DNA from: Shigella phage SP18
Sequence record: GQ981382
Strand: one strand, 5' to 3'
DNA length: 64,000 nt
Position 1 is the first letter of the stretch, and every line of letters starts with the position of its first letter. The notes below the pieces were generated by a model. It was not told the origin of the DNA and searched no databases. It saw nothing but the letters and a program-made list of their open reading frames with translations. The position numbers were made by a program, and so were the translations under genes. This document shows, one piece after another, positions 28,173 to 37,214 of this stretch.

Positions 28173-28401
28173 CGTCTCGTTTCCATGATTGGTTAAAAAT
28201 ATCGCTCATTAAAAATTCAAGTCTATTTTCCAATGAAGGGCTTTCACTATCAGAAACTTGAATCATATAATCAGAAATAGGTCGGAACATATCCAAGTCG
28301 CTTTCTAAATCTTCTTTGATTTTCTCTTCTGATGTTCCGGTGTCATAGGAATACAGATAAGAATCACACGACTCAGATTTAATATAAATTGCAATACTCA
28401 T
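28165..28401 (-). CDS. Hypothetical acidic protein (78 aa)
   Basis: ORF track. Confidence 0.45.
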   Translation of the reverse strand: MSIAIYIKSESCDSYLYSYDTGTSEEKIKEDLESDLDMFRPISDYMIQVSDSESPSLENRLEFLMSDIFNQSWKRDDE

Positions 28402-28982
28402 TTACGGCATTCCTCAATAAAAGAATTTAATGTATTTTTCTTAGCGATATCGTCGTATACCTTTTTAACTTTAGAAATACGAAAAGGTACTTCAATAGTC
28501 ATAGTCCATAAAAATGATGCAATAAGTCCAACAGCAGCAGAAGAAATGCACGCGCCCATTACAGCCACAGGCGCTTCATTTTTACCTGTCAGGAAAAACC
28601 ACAGGATTGGTAAAAATAAGATTCCAGACCAAGCATAAAACCTGGAACAAATTAACTTATCAAATTCATCTTTCCAGGTACGAAATCCATATTTCTTGCT
28701 ATAAGAAATTAATGGGTCGGGCGTCTGTTCTTTGAGTGGTTCTGGTTGATACCCATTAATGATGTATCCCATTTTATATTCCTTAATTAAAAGCTCTTTC
28801 ACATGACGATTGCATCGCGACCAATCAACATTTTCCACCTTGATTCCTTCATCACCATCATCAAGGTTCGCCCAATATTTTTTGGTAATCATAAATTCAT
28901 CTCTTGATACAATTATACCTGCATTTTCTGCCCGACGGATGAAGTTTACATCAACACCCATACAACCAGGTTCATACAGCAT
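28398..28982 (-). CDS. Membrane protein with C-terminal FIEEC motif (194 aa)
   Basis: Two hydrophobic helices; C-terminal NSFIEECRK shared with other ORFs in the window. Confidence 0.5.
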   Translation of the reverse strand: MLYEPGCMGVDVNFIRRAENAGIIVSRDEFMITKKYWANLDDGDEGIKVENVDWSRCNRHVKELLIKEYKMGYIINGYQPEPLKEQTPDPLISYSKKYGFRTWKDEFDKLICSRFYAWSGILFLPILWFFLTGKNEAPVAVMGACISSAAVGLIASFLWTMTIEVPFRISKVKKVYDDIAKKNTLNSFIEECRK

Positions 28983-29667
28983 TACCAGCCCTCCATAGGA
29001 AATTCCAGATATACTTGAGCATTAACGCGGATTTCATTGGTGATTTTATTAACGCGGTCAGTTTTACGAGATACACGACCAAACCAGCGCCAACCATTAC
29101 CAACTGTTTTTGTTCCAGTATGCCAGGTCTGCCAGTTGAATTCACACAACGTGCGGTCAGGAGCTTCTTGAACTAAAAGTTCACCCGCCTTGATTTTTTC
29201 CAGAACTTCCTGGTGCCACTGGCGATAGATAAGTTCGCCATCAGGAATCTGACTGAATTCTGAAGTTCCCAGAGCAAAATGAGTAGGGCAAACAGAAGCG
29301 TTAACCAGACCCAGGATGTGTTCAGAATGGTAACGAGGGTTATCATAATCAGGTTGTCCTGCTGTAATAAAATGTTGTCCTGCTGGAATATCTGGACGTG
29401 GTACATCATCATGGTGATACCCAGGGATAGCAGGATACCAACCAGGCATCAACATATGGACGCGAGAGTCAAATACAACATCACGATTGGTCCAGTCCAG
29501 TGGTAATGCAGCAATAAAGCTACGGGTAATTAAACCGCCTTTATCCCAGGCAAAACTTAAATCACAATTAAAGAACATCGGTTCATTTTTGATTTCGTCA
29601 TTACTGACATATTGAGCAAATTGACCAACTTCACGCATTTGACTATTAAAAGTTTTTGAGCTATTCA
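28982..29667 (-). CDS. Hypothetical protein (about 228 aa from internal Met)
   Basis: Track ORF 28982-29806 trimmed to the MNSSKTF Met so it does not overlap the upstream ORF. Confidence 0.5.
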
Positions 29668-29678
29668 TGATATTTTCC

Positions 29679-29903
29679 TCAGTATTCTTCATCATATTCA
29701 AAGTCTTCATCAAACTCGGGTTCCAGAGAAATTTCTTCTTCTGGGTGGAATTCACAAGGGAAATATTCCACTTCACCACAATCGGCGTCATAGGACTGGA
29801 AATCAATTTGGATTACGGTTTCGGATACAACAATAACTTCAGCAACCAAGTCACCTGCAATTTCCATTCCAACTTTAACATCTTTAGCTTTGATAGTATT
29901 CAT
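29679..29903 (-). CDS. Hypothetical acidic protein
   Basis: Start set at MNTIKAKDV Met preceded by GGAGAATAAA; promoter cassette upstream. Confidence 0.45.
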   Translation of the reverse strand: MNTIKAKDVKVGMEIAGDLVAEVIVVSETVIQIDFQSYDADCGEVEYFPCEFHPEEEISLEPEFDEDFEYDEEY

Positions 29904-29968
29904 TTTATTCTCCAATTTGGTAACTCAGTATGGAATCATTATGCACTGACTCCATACTGATGTACACA
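29904..29968 (-). promoter_or_regulatory. Early-promoter/stem-loop cassette (PeSL-like)
   Basis: ttttattctcc...ggtaactcagtatggaatcattatgcac...gatgtacacac. Confidence 0.45.
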
Positions 29969-29969
29969 C

Positions 29970-30929
29970 TTATTTTGTGAAAGGACGAATTAAATGTTGG
30001 TTAGCCTTAAAGCGTTTAACATAGTCTTCGCGCCCCAGGGTGTTGTACATATTAACCACTTCCTGGTAATGTTCCCAGGCATACTCACGGAACCATCCAG
30101 ACGTAATGGAGGTGCAGACTTTTTCCAGCGCAATATGGAAGCTCACAGATGGAGAGATATTGAACTCATTAGGAACCTGCGAACGCTCCAGAGCGAGCAC
30201 ACATGCTTCTTCATAAACCCCTGCCAGTTTAATAACATCAGGGAGCGCTTCAAATTTTTCACGCGAGGTCATGACTTCTGAATCATCCTTCATATAGAAC
30301 TTATATGCAGGCTTATCAGCAAGCGCCACGGCCTCGTGGATGGAGTCATGGTCAAGGGTATAGATTGTATCATTAAAGAAAGTTTTCTTGCCCACGTCTA
30401 GTTTAGGGTGACTGTATGACAGTGTTTCTGTCTGACGATGCAGCATGATTTTCTGCAGTTCATCATTAAGAACAATACCCTTATTGCGAAGGTAATTAAT
30501 ATGACTCATGGTCTTCAGGAAGAATGGATTGTTCTTCAGGTAACGATGAGACAATTTGATTGCCAAACAAATATCAGGGGTCGCCCAGTAAAAACCAGAT
30601 AGACGGTCTCTCTGAATATTTGCCTTCGCATATTTGAGCAGACGATAACTGGAGGTAAAATCTTCGTCTTGAAGCTCATCAGTCAACTCACGAACACTTG
30701 TCAGTGCGCGGACGATGTACGCTTCAAAATAGGTTTCTTTACCATTGTGCATACATTTAAAAGCTTGAACATCTGGGTTATCCACATGCACGTGCTGCCC
30801 CATCATCTGGGTTTTAAAACTGTTCCAAGAACCCTGGTCAGCGATAAAGTCCCAATCAGAGTTTTCAATTTTCTGACTTTCAATCAGACCAGCGTTATGT
30901 AATGCACGAGAACCAATAACTAACATCAT
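29970..30929 (-). CDS. Hypothetical protein (319 aa), possible nucleotidyltransferase-like N-terminus
   Basis: N-terminal VIGSRAL...SDWDF loosely resembles GS...DxD; otherwise unrecognised. Confidence 0.5.
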   Translation of the reverse strand: MMLVIGSRALHNAGLIESQKIENSDWDFIADQGSWNSFKTQMMGQHVHVDNPDVQAFKCMHNGKETYFEAYIVRALTSVRELTDELQDEDFTSSYRLLKYAKANIQRDRLSGFYWATPDICLAIKLSHRYLKNNPFFLKTMSHINYLRNKGIVLNDELQKIMLHRQTETLSYSHPKLDVGKKTFFNDTIYTLDHDSIHEAVALADKPAYKFYMKDDSEVMTSREKFEALPDVIKLAGVYEEACVLALERSQVPNEFNISPSVSFHIALEKVCTSITSGWFREYAWEHYQEVVNMYNTLGREDYVKRFKANQHLIRPFTK

Positions 30930-30942
30930 AATATTTTCCTCA

Positions 30943-31110
30943 TTAGTAAAGACGAGTTACTTCATATTTTCCAAGTGCCGATTTTTTCGCTTCAATTCGT
31001 GAGGCAGCAAGATTGGCGGCCTCTAGTGAAGAAAATTGAACCACTTGAGAAGTATTCTGTCTTACTCCGCCTTGCGGGTGAGTGACAAAAACAATAAGAA
31101 CATTATACAT
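30943..31110 (-). CDS. Small hypothetical protein (about 55 aa)
   Basis: Hand-translated MYNVLIVFVTHPQGG...; coordinates approximate. Confidence 0.3.
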   Translation of the reverse strand: MYNVLIVFVTHPQGGVRQNTSQVVQFSSLEAANLAASRIEAKKSALGKYEVTRLY

Positions 31111-31120
31111 AATATTTTCC

Positions 31121-31321
31121 TCAAATAATACCGTATGCGTAAATATCTTTTTTAATGCAGGAAACTACTTCTTCCAGAGAATCACAAACACGTTCTGTGA
31201 CGCCTGCGTAATCACCACTGATGGTTACTTTAATGCCATCAGAAACTTCCTGGAGATTAACCTCCAGTTGGTTGACTTTGGCTTCGTTCAGAACTTTGAT
31301 TAATTCGTTTGCGATAGACAT
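31121..31321 (-). CDS. Hypothetical protein (66 aa)
   Basis: ORF track. Confidence 0.4.
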   Translation of the reverse strand: MSIANELIKVLNEAKVNQLEVNLQEVSDGIKVTISGDYAGVTERVCDSLEEVVSCIKKDIYAYGII

Positions 31322-31385
31322 TTTTATTCTCCTGTTCTGATAACGTGATTGTCATCAGTTGATAGGAGTATAGTAACACAGTTTT

Positions 31386-31730
31386 TTAGACTTGTATACT
31401 GCTTCTACAATATTCTAAAAATAATTTATCGTTGTCTACCTTATCCCAACGACGACAAGATGGATTCCAGACCAGAGCGTTGTCACCACAACCATTGAGT
31501 TTAAAATGGTCGTAGTACATAACTATATGCCTGGTTTCGTCACTGGAGAACCCCGGTATAGGTTCTCCGTGGGTGTGATACCTATGATGATGCATTGAGA
31601 GGTCGCATTTGTAAAACATCTCACGTTTACCGCGAACGAACAAGAAAGCTTGCCCATTCATATAGAATTCTTTATCTGTTTTCAAAAGATATTTGAATAC
31701 CGAATCTTTATGCATAATTCCTCCTACCAC
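31386..31730 (-). CDS. Hypothetical His/Cys-containing protein (114 aa)
   Basis: ORF track. Confidence 0.45.
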   Translation of the reverse strand: MVGGIMHKDSVFKYLLKTDKEFYMNGQAFLFVRGKREMFYKCDLSMHHHRYHTHGEPIPGFSSDETRHIVMYYDHFKLNGCGDNALVWNPSCRRWDKVDNDKLFLEYCRSSIQV

Positions 31731-31745
31731 ATCCTTGTGATTAAA

Positions 31746-31973
31746 TTATTTTCCTAACGAAATGCGAGTAGGTTTTTTACCGAAATATTCTTCATAGGAA
31801 CCATCTAAACGACCCGCTTTAGACCGACAATACGAATCATACTTTTTGTAATAAGTCAACTCGGTATTGTAACGTGGATGTCTATCAGCCATAATAATAC
31901 TTAACGGCCAACCTTTGGCGTAATCACGAAGACCATTTATTTTACGAATATATCTTTTCTTTAATTTTAACAT
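31746..31973 (-). CDS. Hypothetical basic protein (75 aa)
   Basis: ORF track. Confidence 0.4.
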   Translation of the reverse strand: MLKLKKRYIRKINGLRDYAKGWPLSIIMADRHPRYNTELTYYKKYDSYCRSKAGRLDGSYEEYFGKKPTRISLGK

Positions 31974-32200
31974 GAACTTGGGTACCAGATTTTACCATCG
32001 GCACTAGCAACGAAGGTGCGACCAGCTTCTTCCCCATAACAAGAGCTGTTCAACCAGTCTTCAAGACGGACTTCGCCGTCATAATCATCAAGCTCAACAC
32101 CAAAATCTTGAGCAGAAGCCATATCTTTTACTTTCTTATACAGTGCAGCCAGTTCAAGGGCGGCTTTTTCTAATTCAGCACGTTCAACAGCAGTAGTCAT
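31967..32200 (-). CDS. Small paralog family member, C-terminal ...WYPSSC
   Basis: 77 aa; ends GKIWYPSSC; one of five tandem paralogs. Confidence 0.5.
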   Translation of the reverse strand: MTTAVERAELEKAALELAALYKKVKDMASAQDFGVELDDYDGEVRLEDWLNSSCYGEEAGRTFVASADGKIWYPSSC

Positions 32201-32209
32201 TTTATCACC

Positions 32210-32437
32210 TTAGCAAGACATAGAGGAGTTAAACCAGAAACCTTTACCATCTGGGATACCGTAATCACCACGAATCCAGTCATACTCTTCGTATTCTGGA
32301 CAACCCGCAGGAATATATCGTTGAAGACTGTCAGCATACACATGAAAGTATTCACCAGTTTTATCGGCCAGTTGTTCACCTTCACAGATTAGTGCACGGA
32401 TTTGGTCTTCAATTTCTTTAACAGTTTTAGCAGTCAT
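32210..32437 (-). CDS. Small paralog family member, C-terminal ...FWFNSSMSC
   Basis: 75 aa; ends GKGFWFNSSMSC. Confidence 0.5.
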   Translation of the reverse strand: MTAKTVKEIEDQIRALICEGEQLADKTGEYFHVYADSLQRYIPAGCPEYEEYDWIRGDYGIPDGKGFWFNSSMSC

Positions 32438-32446
32438 TTTATTTCC

Positions 32447-32644
32447 TTAGCATTCATAAGAGGAGGACACCCAGGAGCCACCCGTAATTGTAATACAGCC
32501 ATTGTAAATCGTGATATGACGGTCCAGATGGTTTTCACCTTCGATATAGATGTCGGCTTCTTCACGTTCTTCTTTACAAATCTGGATAACGTTTTCAATA
32601 GCTGCCGCGGCAGTACGGATTGCACAATCTAATTCACGAGACAT
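32447..32644 (-). CDS. Small paralog family member, C-terminal ...WVSSSYEC
   Basis: 65 aa; ends GGSWVSSSYEC. Confidence 0.5.
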   Translation of the reverse strand: MSRELDCAIRTAAAAIENVIQICKEEREEADIYIEGENHLDRHITIYNGCITITGGSWVSSSYEC

Positions 32645-32653
32645 AATAATTCC

Positions 32654-32935
32654 TTAACATTCAGAAGAGGAGGACACCCAACCACCTTTTTCCAGGTCAG
32701 TTGTATAGTCATGAGTATTAACAATAGCCCATTCAGGATGACCATGTTCTTCCCAATGGGCAAGGTCTGCTTTCAGGGCGCCAGGAGAATAATAGTCACC
32801 GCCCATACCGCGAGCAGGGTATATATTAAAATGAGTCTCATATTTGTCTGCAATTTCCTCGGCACGACGAATAGCTTTATGGATGTCATTTACTGCGTTA
32901 GCCAGTTCTTTATTTTTACGGTAATCATTCATCAT
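32654..32935 (-). CDS. Small paralog family member, C-terminal ...WVSSSSEC
   Basis: 93 aa; ends KGGWVSSSSEC. Confidence 0.5.
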   Translation of the reverse strand: MMNDYRKNKELANAVNDIHKAIRRAEEIADKYETHFNIYPARGMGGDYYSPGALKADLAHWEEHGHPEWAIVNTHDYTTDLEKGGWVSSSSEC

Positions 32936-32944
32936 AACGTTTCC

Positions 32945-33235
32945 TTAGCACATTGCCGAAGAGGAGACCCAAGCACCAACTGTAACGACACCGTTTTCAA
33001 CTTCACCGCCGTTGTTTTCAATTTCATTTTTAAACCACTGGGAGCATTCATAACCGACAGGATAATATGTACGGCCCGAACCATAATCACCGGTACCAAA
33101 TTGGATACCATATTCATCTGCGATTTCTTCACAGTGTTTTTCAATTTCAGAGGTCTTATTTAGAAGAGAATAGATAGCTTTTTCTGCAGATTTCTCATCA
33201 TAATACTTGGGGATAGCAATTTCAATTTTATTCAT
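32945..33235 (-). CDS. Small paralog family member, C-terminal ...WVSSSAMC
   Basis: 96 aa; ends VGAWVSSSAMC. Confidence 0.5.
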   Translation of the reverse strand: MNKIEIAIPKYYDEKSAEKAIYSLLNKTSEIEKHCEEIADEYGIQFGTGDYGSGRTYYPVGYECSQWFKNEIENNGGEVENGVVTVGAWVSSSAMC

Positions 33236-33585
33236 GATTTACATTCCTTAATAAAGGTTTCAAGTTCATTGCGTTTTGTTTTGTCTAGGAACTTATTATA
33301 CTCAGCCATTGCTGAAGCATATCTCTTCCGACTAGGAGCATTCACGGCATTTGTGTGACAGATATCATACACAACAGGGATAAAATAAGACACAACAGCC
33401 GGAGCGATTATCATAAAGAAGCCCATCTCAATAGGCATCACTCCCTCGATTGCAGCCATAACCGTGGTCATTACCAGACCAACCAGGCCGCCAAGCATGG
33501 CGGTGACAATCCCTAATAATAAATTGGCACCAATATCATATTCAGCCAATTGATAAACATGTGATGCAAGACTAGGCCGTTCCAT
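33232..33585 (-). CDS. Membrane protein with C-terminal FIKEC motif
   Basis: Start moved to the MERPSLASHV Met; hydrophobic helices; C-terminal ETFIKECKS. Confidence 0.45.
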   Translation of the reverse strand: MERPSLASHVYQLAEYDIGANLLLGIVTAMLGGLVGLVMTTVMAAIEGVMPIEMGFFMIIAPAVVSYFIPVVYDICHTNAVNAPSRKRYASAMAEYNKFLDKTKRNELETFIKECKS

Positions 33586-33967
33586 TACGAACCTCCTTAA
33601 TAAATTCTTCGGCGCATTTAATTTTGTGCTCTTCTTGTAGGGAAACACATTTTTGTTCCCACTCTTTAACTCGTCCACGATATCCTTTATTCATATGATT
33701 TTGATGCCACACATTTATCAATATCATACACAGGACCGTAATAAAAGGAGCTGCAATTACTAGCGTCCAGGCGACTCCAACACTAATGATATTCATATCC
33801 CCACAAAGCACCATCATTATAACCCCAACGATGCACATGGACAGAGCCCCAAATGGAGGCATAAGGTCTTTATCAATCTTGTCCGCGTACACAAATTTTT
33901 CTGGTTTACTTGGCAGATATAACGTTCGCATTTTGAACCCCTTTAGCATATTCACGACATTCAGCAA
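33572..33967 (-). CDS. Membrane protein (131 aa; start uncertain)
   Basis: Two hydrophobic helices; C-terminal EEFIKEV. Confidence 0.45.
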   Translation of the reverse strand: MLNVVNMLKGFKMRTLYLPSKPEKFVYADKIDKDLMPPFGALSMCIVGVIMMVLCGDMNIISVGVAWTLVIAAPFITVLCMILINVWHQNHMNKGYRGRVKEWEQKCVSLQEEHKIKCAEEFIKEVRNGTA

Positions 33968-34460
33968 TAAAACGATTAAGCTTACGTTTCCGTTTACGAC
34001 TCTCTAATGTGTACTCAGCCGCCAAATCAAGAAGCTCATCTTTATCATAATTTTTAATATCAGTATAAGTTGGACGACGGTCAACCATTCCAAAGTGGTC
34101 ACCATTTTCTAACATCAAATAACATACCAAATGGTCATCATCATCCGCATTAATAAGTTGTTTATAATCGCTAGGGTCGTTTAAAGCATATACTGAATAA
34201 CTCAGCCCAGCGAATTCCACTCGTTGAATACCCAGATTTACGTCAATAATTTCCAGGGCATCTGTGAAAGAAAGGTCTTCAGCTAAAGCAAAAATAAAAG
34301 GCAATTTTGTAGTATCACCGCGGCTAGTTGTTCTTCTTAAGAAATCATTGGAATAACCCAAGTCACCGCGGATTCTATAAAGAACTGTGTTAGTTTCAGT
34401 GGCAAGACCACTACCGCCAAACCAGTCTACATTTGATAGAAGGTCAGTATATAAGCTCAT
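33906..34460 (-). CDS. Hypothetical protein with C-terminal FIAEC motif
   Basis: Start at the MSLYTDLL Met (ATG 34460); C-terminal RKRKRKLNRFIAECRE. Confidence 0.5.
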   Translation of the reverse strand: MSLYTDLLSNVDWFGGSGLATETNTVLYRIRGDLGYSNDFLRRTTSRGDTTKLPFIFALAEDLSFTDALEIIDVNLGIQRVEFAGLSYSVYALNDPSDYKQLINADDDDHLVCYLMLENGDHFGMVDRRPTYTDIKNYDKDELLDLAAEYTLESRKRKRKLNRFIAECREYAKGVQNANVISAK

Positions 34461-34503
34461 AATATTCTCCTCTCCCAATTAGGGGGCAAAGCCCCCTTTT
34501 ATC

Positions 34504-35097
34504 TTACTTAAGCGAATTGATATATTCTTCAATGTCAGCGGACGTGGTATCCACACCAACCTGTGGGCCTTTGAAGGTTTCAACACGCATCAGAGTGTCT
34601 TCAATATCAATCTTAGTCAATGCAGCGATTTCAACAACATCATCTGCGGTTGCAATACCCAGTGCAGACACCTTACGGGTTTCGCGGATGTATTCCAGTT
34701 TAACAGCTAGTTCCTGACGAGAGTCATCCAGCTCTTTAACTTTCAATTTAATTTCATTACGCATTTCAACATAATCATCTGCCTTCTTACGAAGTTGTTT
34801 AGCAGTGCGACGATACAGGAGACCCAGTTTAGCATGGACCTGGACATCTGCACCATCAGCAATCAGTTTTCGGATTTCACGCTCTTTTGAAGCGGCGAGC
34901 TGGTCTTTTTCATTCGCTAACTCGCGGATGCGTTTTTCTTCATTAACAGACTTAACGTGGGCAGTCTGGAGCTCAGTAATCTTATCAATCAGGGTAGAAG
35001 CAGCTTTAGTATATTGGTCTTCAATAGACAGGTTTTGCGCCATTGCAGTACCCAGTTTGGAGCGGATGAATTCAACAAGTTTCTTTAAAGTATTCAT
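34504..35097 (-). CDS. Coiled-coil protein (197 aa)
   Basis: Heptad-rich, Glu/Lys/Arg-rich sequence throughout. Confidence 0.5.
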   Translation of the reverse strand: MNTLKKLVEFIRSKLGTAMAQNLSIEDQYTKAASTLIDKITELQTAHVKSVNEEKRIRELANEKDQLAASKEREIRKLIADGADVQVHAKLGLLYRRTAKQLRKKADDYVEMRNEIKLKVKELDDSRQELAVKLEYIRETRKVSALGIATADDVVEIAALTKIDIEDTLMRVETFKGPQVGVDTTSADIEEYINSLK

Positions 35098-35169
35098 GGT
35101 ATTTCCTTCAGTTAGTTAATGTTTTATTATCCCGGGAACATACTATCATGTTCCCGTTAAAGCACTAAT

Positions 35170-35475
35170 TTAGATTTTGTTTTCCTGCACACCATAATAA
35201 AGTTCATCAGACACAATATCCAGGATGCGGCGAACATATTCATCATGGTATTGACAGTCAAAATCAAATGTAACAGTAGTTTCCGCTTCACGAGTGAATT
35301 TAACTTGCACATTCAGGTGATTAACAACGTTAGTTAATTTATCAGTAAAGAACTCTTTTGCTACCGCCTGTTGGACTTGCACTTTGAACTTGGTGTTACG
35401 AATCATATTTTCAGCAGATGCGAAATTACCAGTTTTATCAAAGTCAACAAGCGCCATGTTGATGATGAATTTCAT
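35170..35475 (-). CDS. Hypothetical protein (101 aa)
   Basis: ORF track; ATG at 35475 after GGAGAATAAA. Confidence 0.5.
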   Translation of the reverse strand: MKFIINMALVDFDKTGNFASAENMIRNTKFKVQVQQAVAKEFFTDKLTNVVNHLNVQVKFTREAETTVTFDFDCQYHDEYVRRILDIVSDELYYGVQENKI

Positions 35476-35556
35476 TTTATTCTCCAGTGTTTTATTGTGT
35501 AACTCAGTATGGAATCATTATGCCTTAAAGCAGGGGGCTTGTATACCCCCTTTTTG
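35476..35556 (-). promoter_or_regulatory. Early-promoter/stem-loop cassette (PeSL-like) with gggg/cccc hairpin
   Basis: ttttattctcc...gtaactcagtatggaatcattatgcc...cagggggcttgtataccccctttttg. Confidence 0.45.
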
Positions 35557-35558
35557 AA

Positions 35559-36002
35559 TTAAATTTCAAATTCTTTGCGGAAGTTGGAAGCATAAGACTG
35601 AACTGATGCTTTGTTGAATCCAAACTCACGCACAATCATATCAATAACAGCCCTACGAGCGGCACCATTAGACATATTGACAGTTTTGAACATATCATAG
35701 CATAAATCTTTGTTGCTCATACCGGAGCGTTTAGGTGTCTTACGTTCAGTTTTTGGTTCAGTCTTAGGAGTAGGTTTAACTTCTGGTTTAACCTGTCCAT
35801 CATTCAGACCTTTAAAAATTTTACCTGCCAGAGTTGCCAGTTTAGCAGCTTCGCCACGAGTGATACCAAATACTGCCGGGTTAAATGAAATACCTTCAGC
35901 TGTCAGACGTTTAAAGAACATACGTGCGGCGGATTGTGCTTCAGCTTCAGAAGAGTTGTTTAATGCCAGTTTAACATACTTAACCAGTTTTGAAGTTTTC
36001 AT
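35559..36002 (-). CDS. Hypothetical protein, paralog A with conserved C-terminal domain (...AARRAVIDMIV...VQSYASNFRK)
   Basis: Start at the MKTSKLVKY Met; C-terminal 50 aa closely similar to the 36086-36511 product. Confidence 0.55.
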   Translation of the reverse strand: MKTSKLVKYVKLALNNSSEAEAQSAARMFFKRLTAEGISFNPAVFGITRGEAAKLATLAGKIFKGLNDGQVKPEVKPTPKTEPKTERKTPKRSGMSNKDLCYDMFKTVNMSNGAARRAVIDMIVREFGFNKASVQSYASNFRKEFEI

Positions 36003-36060
36003 TTTATTATCCCGTTTGTTTATTTGGTAACTCAATATGGGATAATTATACACTATCCCA
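36003..36060 (-). promoter_or_regulatory. Early-promoter/stem-loop cassette (PeSL-like)
   Basis: ttttattatcccgtttgtttatttggtaactcaatatgggataattatacactatccc. Confidence 0.45.
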
Positions 36061-36085
36061 CCTGGAAGTAAAACACTTTTCTCAA

Positions 36086-36511
36086 TTATTTTTGAGCTTT
36101 GCGGAAGTTGGATGCATATGACTGAACAACAGTCTTTTTGATATCATGGGTGGTAACCAGAACATCAATCAGAGCGCGACGAGCTGCATTATCATTCATA
36201 TCAATTTCTGAAAATGCCTGGAAGCAAATGTCACGAGCGTTACCAGATTTGGACTGGATTTTTTCTTCTTTAACTTCTTCAATTGGGAATTCAATCATTT
36301 CAGCTTGGATTAATTCAATGATAGATTCTTTTGACTGTTTGGTGTTTACCTTCAGTTCAGAATTAAGGGACTTGGCGATGGCAACAATCTGGGTTGAAGT
36401 CAGATGAATAAGTGCATCTTCACGAATGCAGATTTCACATACTTCGTCAGCAACCATTTTGTTGGTGATGCGGGTAACAGAGAATGCAGAGGTCAGGGTC
36501 AGGAAGTTCAT
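36086..36511 (-). CDS. Hypothetical protein, paralog B with conserved C-terminal domain (...AARRALIDVLV...VQSYASNFRK)
   Basis: Start at the MNFLTLTSAF Met; shared C-terminal domain with paralog A. Confidence 0.55.
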   Translation of the reverse strand: MNFLTLTSAFSVTRITNKMVADEVCEICIREDALIHLTSTQIVAIAKSLNSELKVNTKQSKESIIELIQAEMIEFPIEEVKEEKIQSKSGNARDICFQAFSEIDMNDNAARRALIDVLVTTHDIKKTVVQSYASNFRKAQK

Positions 36512-36600
36512 TTTATTTCTCCAAAGTTTTGTTTGATTCAGTGTGTAACTCAGTATGGAATCATTATGCACCCGGTCAATTCGGATGTACACTACTTTTT
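36512..36600 (-). promoter_or_regulatory. Early-promoter/stem-loop cassette (PeSL-like)
   Basis: ttttatttctcc...gtgtaactcagtatggaatcattatgcac...gatgtacactac. Confidence 0.45.
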
Positions 36601-36628
36601 GAAGAAAATTTCAAATTTATTCGGGGTA

Positions 36629-36659
36629 TAAAAAAAGCCCCAACCTTTCGGAAGGGGCT
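36629..36659 (-). terminator. Rho-independent terminator (minus sense) ending the tRNA/ncRNA region
   Basis: Hairpin gcccc-aacctttcggaa-ggggc; plus-strand A7 gives U-run in minus sense. Confidence 0.55.
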
Positions 36660-36665
36660 ATACCT

Positions 36666-36960
36666 TGTCGGGGTTCCACCTGCAAGGCAAGTGTTTGTAC
36701 GAAACGCCGGGATTCGAACCCGGTTATTAAGCAGTTGACGCTACTCAATATTTTTAAAAGGCCATATCTCGACCATATCCGAACGTTCCGTCAAAAACGC
36801 TACTCGGCTTACGGCAAAGATATTTCCTCGAATCGATAATTCGGTGCGCCGTTTCAGCTGTGAGATAAGGGACTTTAAGAGGTCAACTCATGTACGCCTT
36901 AAAGTCGGGTCTTATTCAGGGAACTTCAGTCCGACGACTTACCGGTAGCGACCCGGTTTC
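36666..36960 (-). ncRNA. Structured non-coding region with tRNA-like T-arm; candidate stable RNA(s) (T4 rnaC/rnaD-like position)
   Basis: About 290 nt without an ORF next to the tRNA cluster; minus-sense CCGGG-TTCGAAT-CCCGG T-arm at 36700-36724 but no canonical cloverleaf found by eye. Confidence 0.3.
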
Positions 36961-37200
36961 TCATTCAATTGTAATAGCTAATTTGACTTTAACAACCTTA
37001 TAATTGGAATCAAGGTCATTGAATTCCATAAAATTTGTTGCTAATCTGCGAGTCGGGAAACTTAGATATTTATTATGCTCAGGTGGAGCAGTTAATGCAA
37101 ACCATGGGACTTGTTTATCATTTTCATCAAACTCATCAAAGCTATAAACCAGCTCGTTGCTGGTTATATCCATAACTGCATATGATTCACTAATAACCAT
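36961..37200 (-). CDS. Hypothetical protein (79 aa)
   Basis: ORF track; between tRNA-Arg and the non-coding region. Confidence 0.4.
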   Translation of the reverse strand: MVISESYAVMDITSNELVYSFDEFDENDKQVPWFALTAPPEHNKYLSFPTRRLATNFMEFNDLDSNYKVVKVKLAITIE

Positions 37201-37214
37201 AATATCCTCAGTAA

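Noticed and set aside
36700-36870. A fourth canonical tRNA built on the T-arm at 36700-36724
   Set aside because: The only acceptor pairing I could find is about 160 nt upstream, which would need a long insertion, and no D-arm or anticodon arm was evident; left as a tRNA-like or stable RNA candidate.
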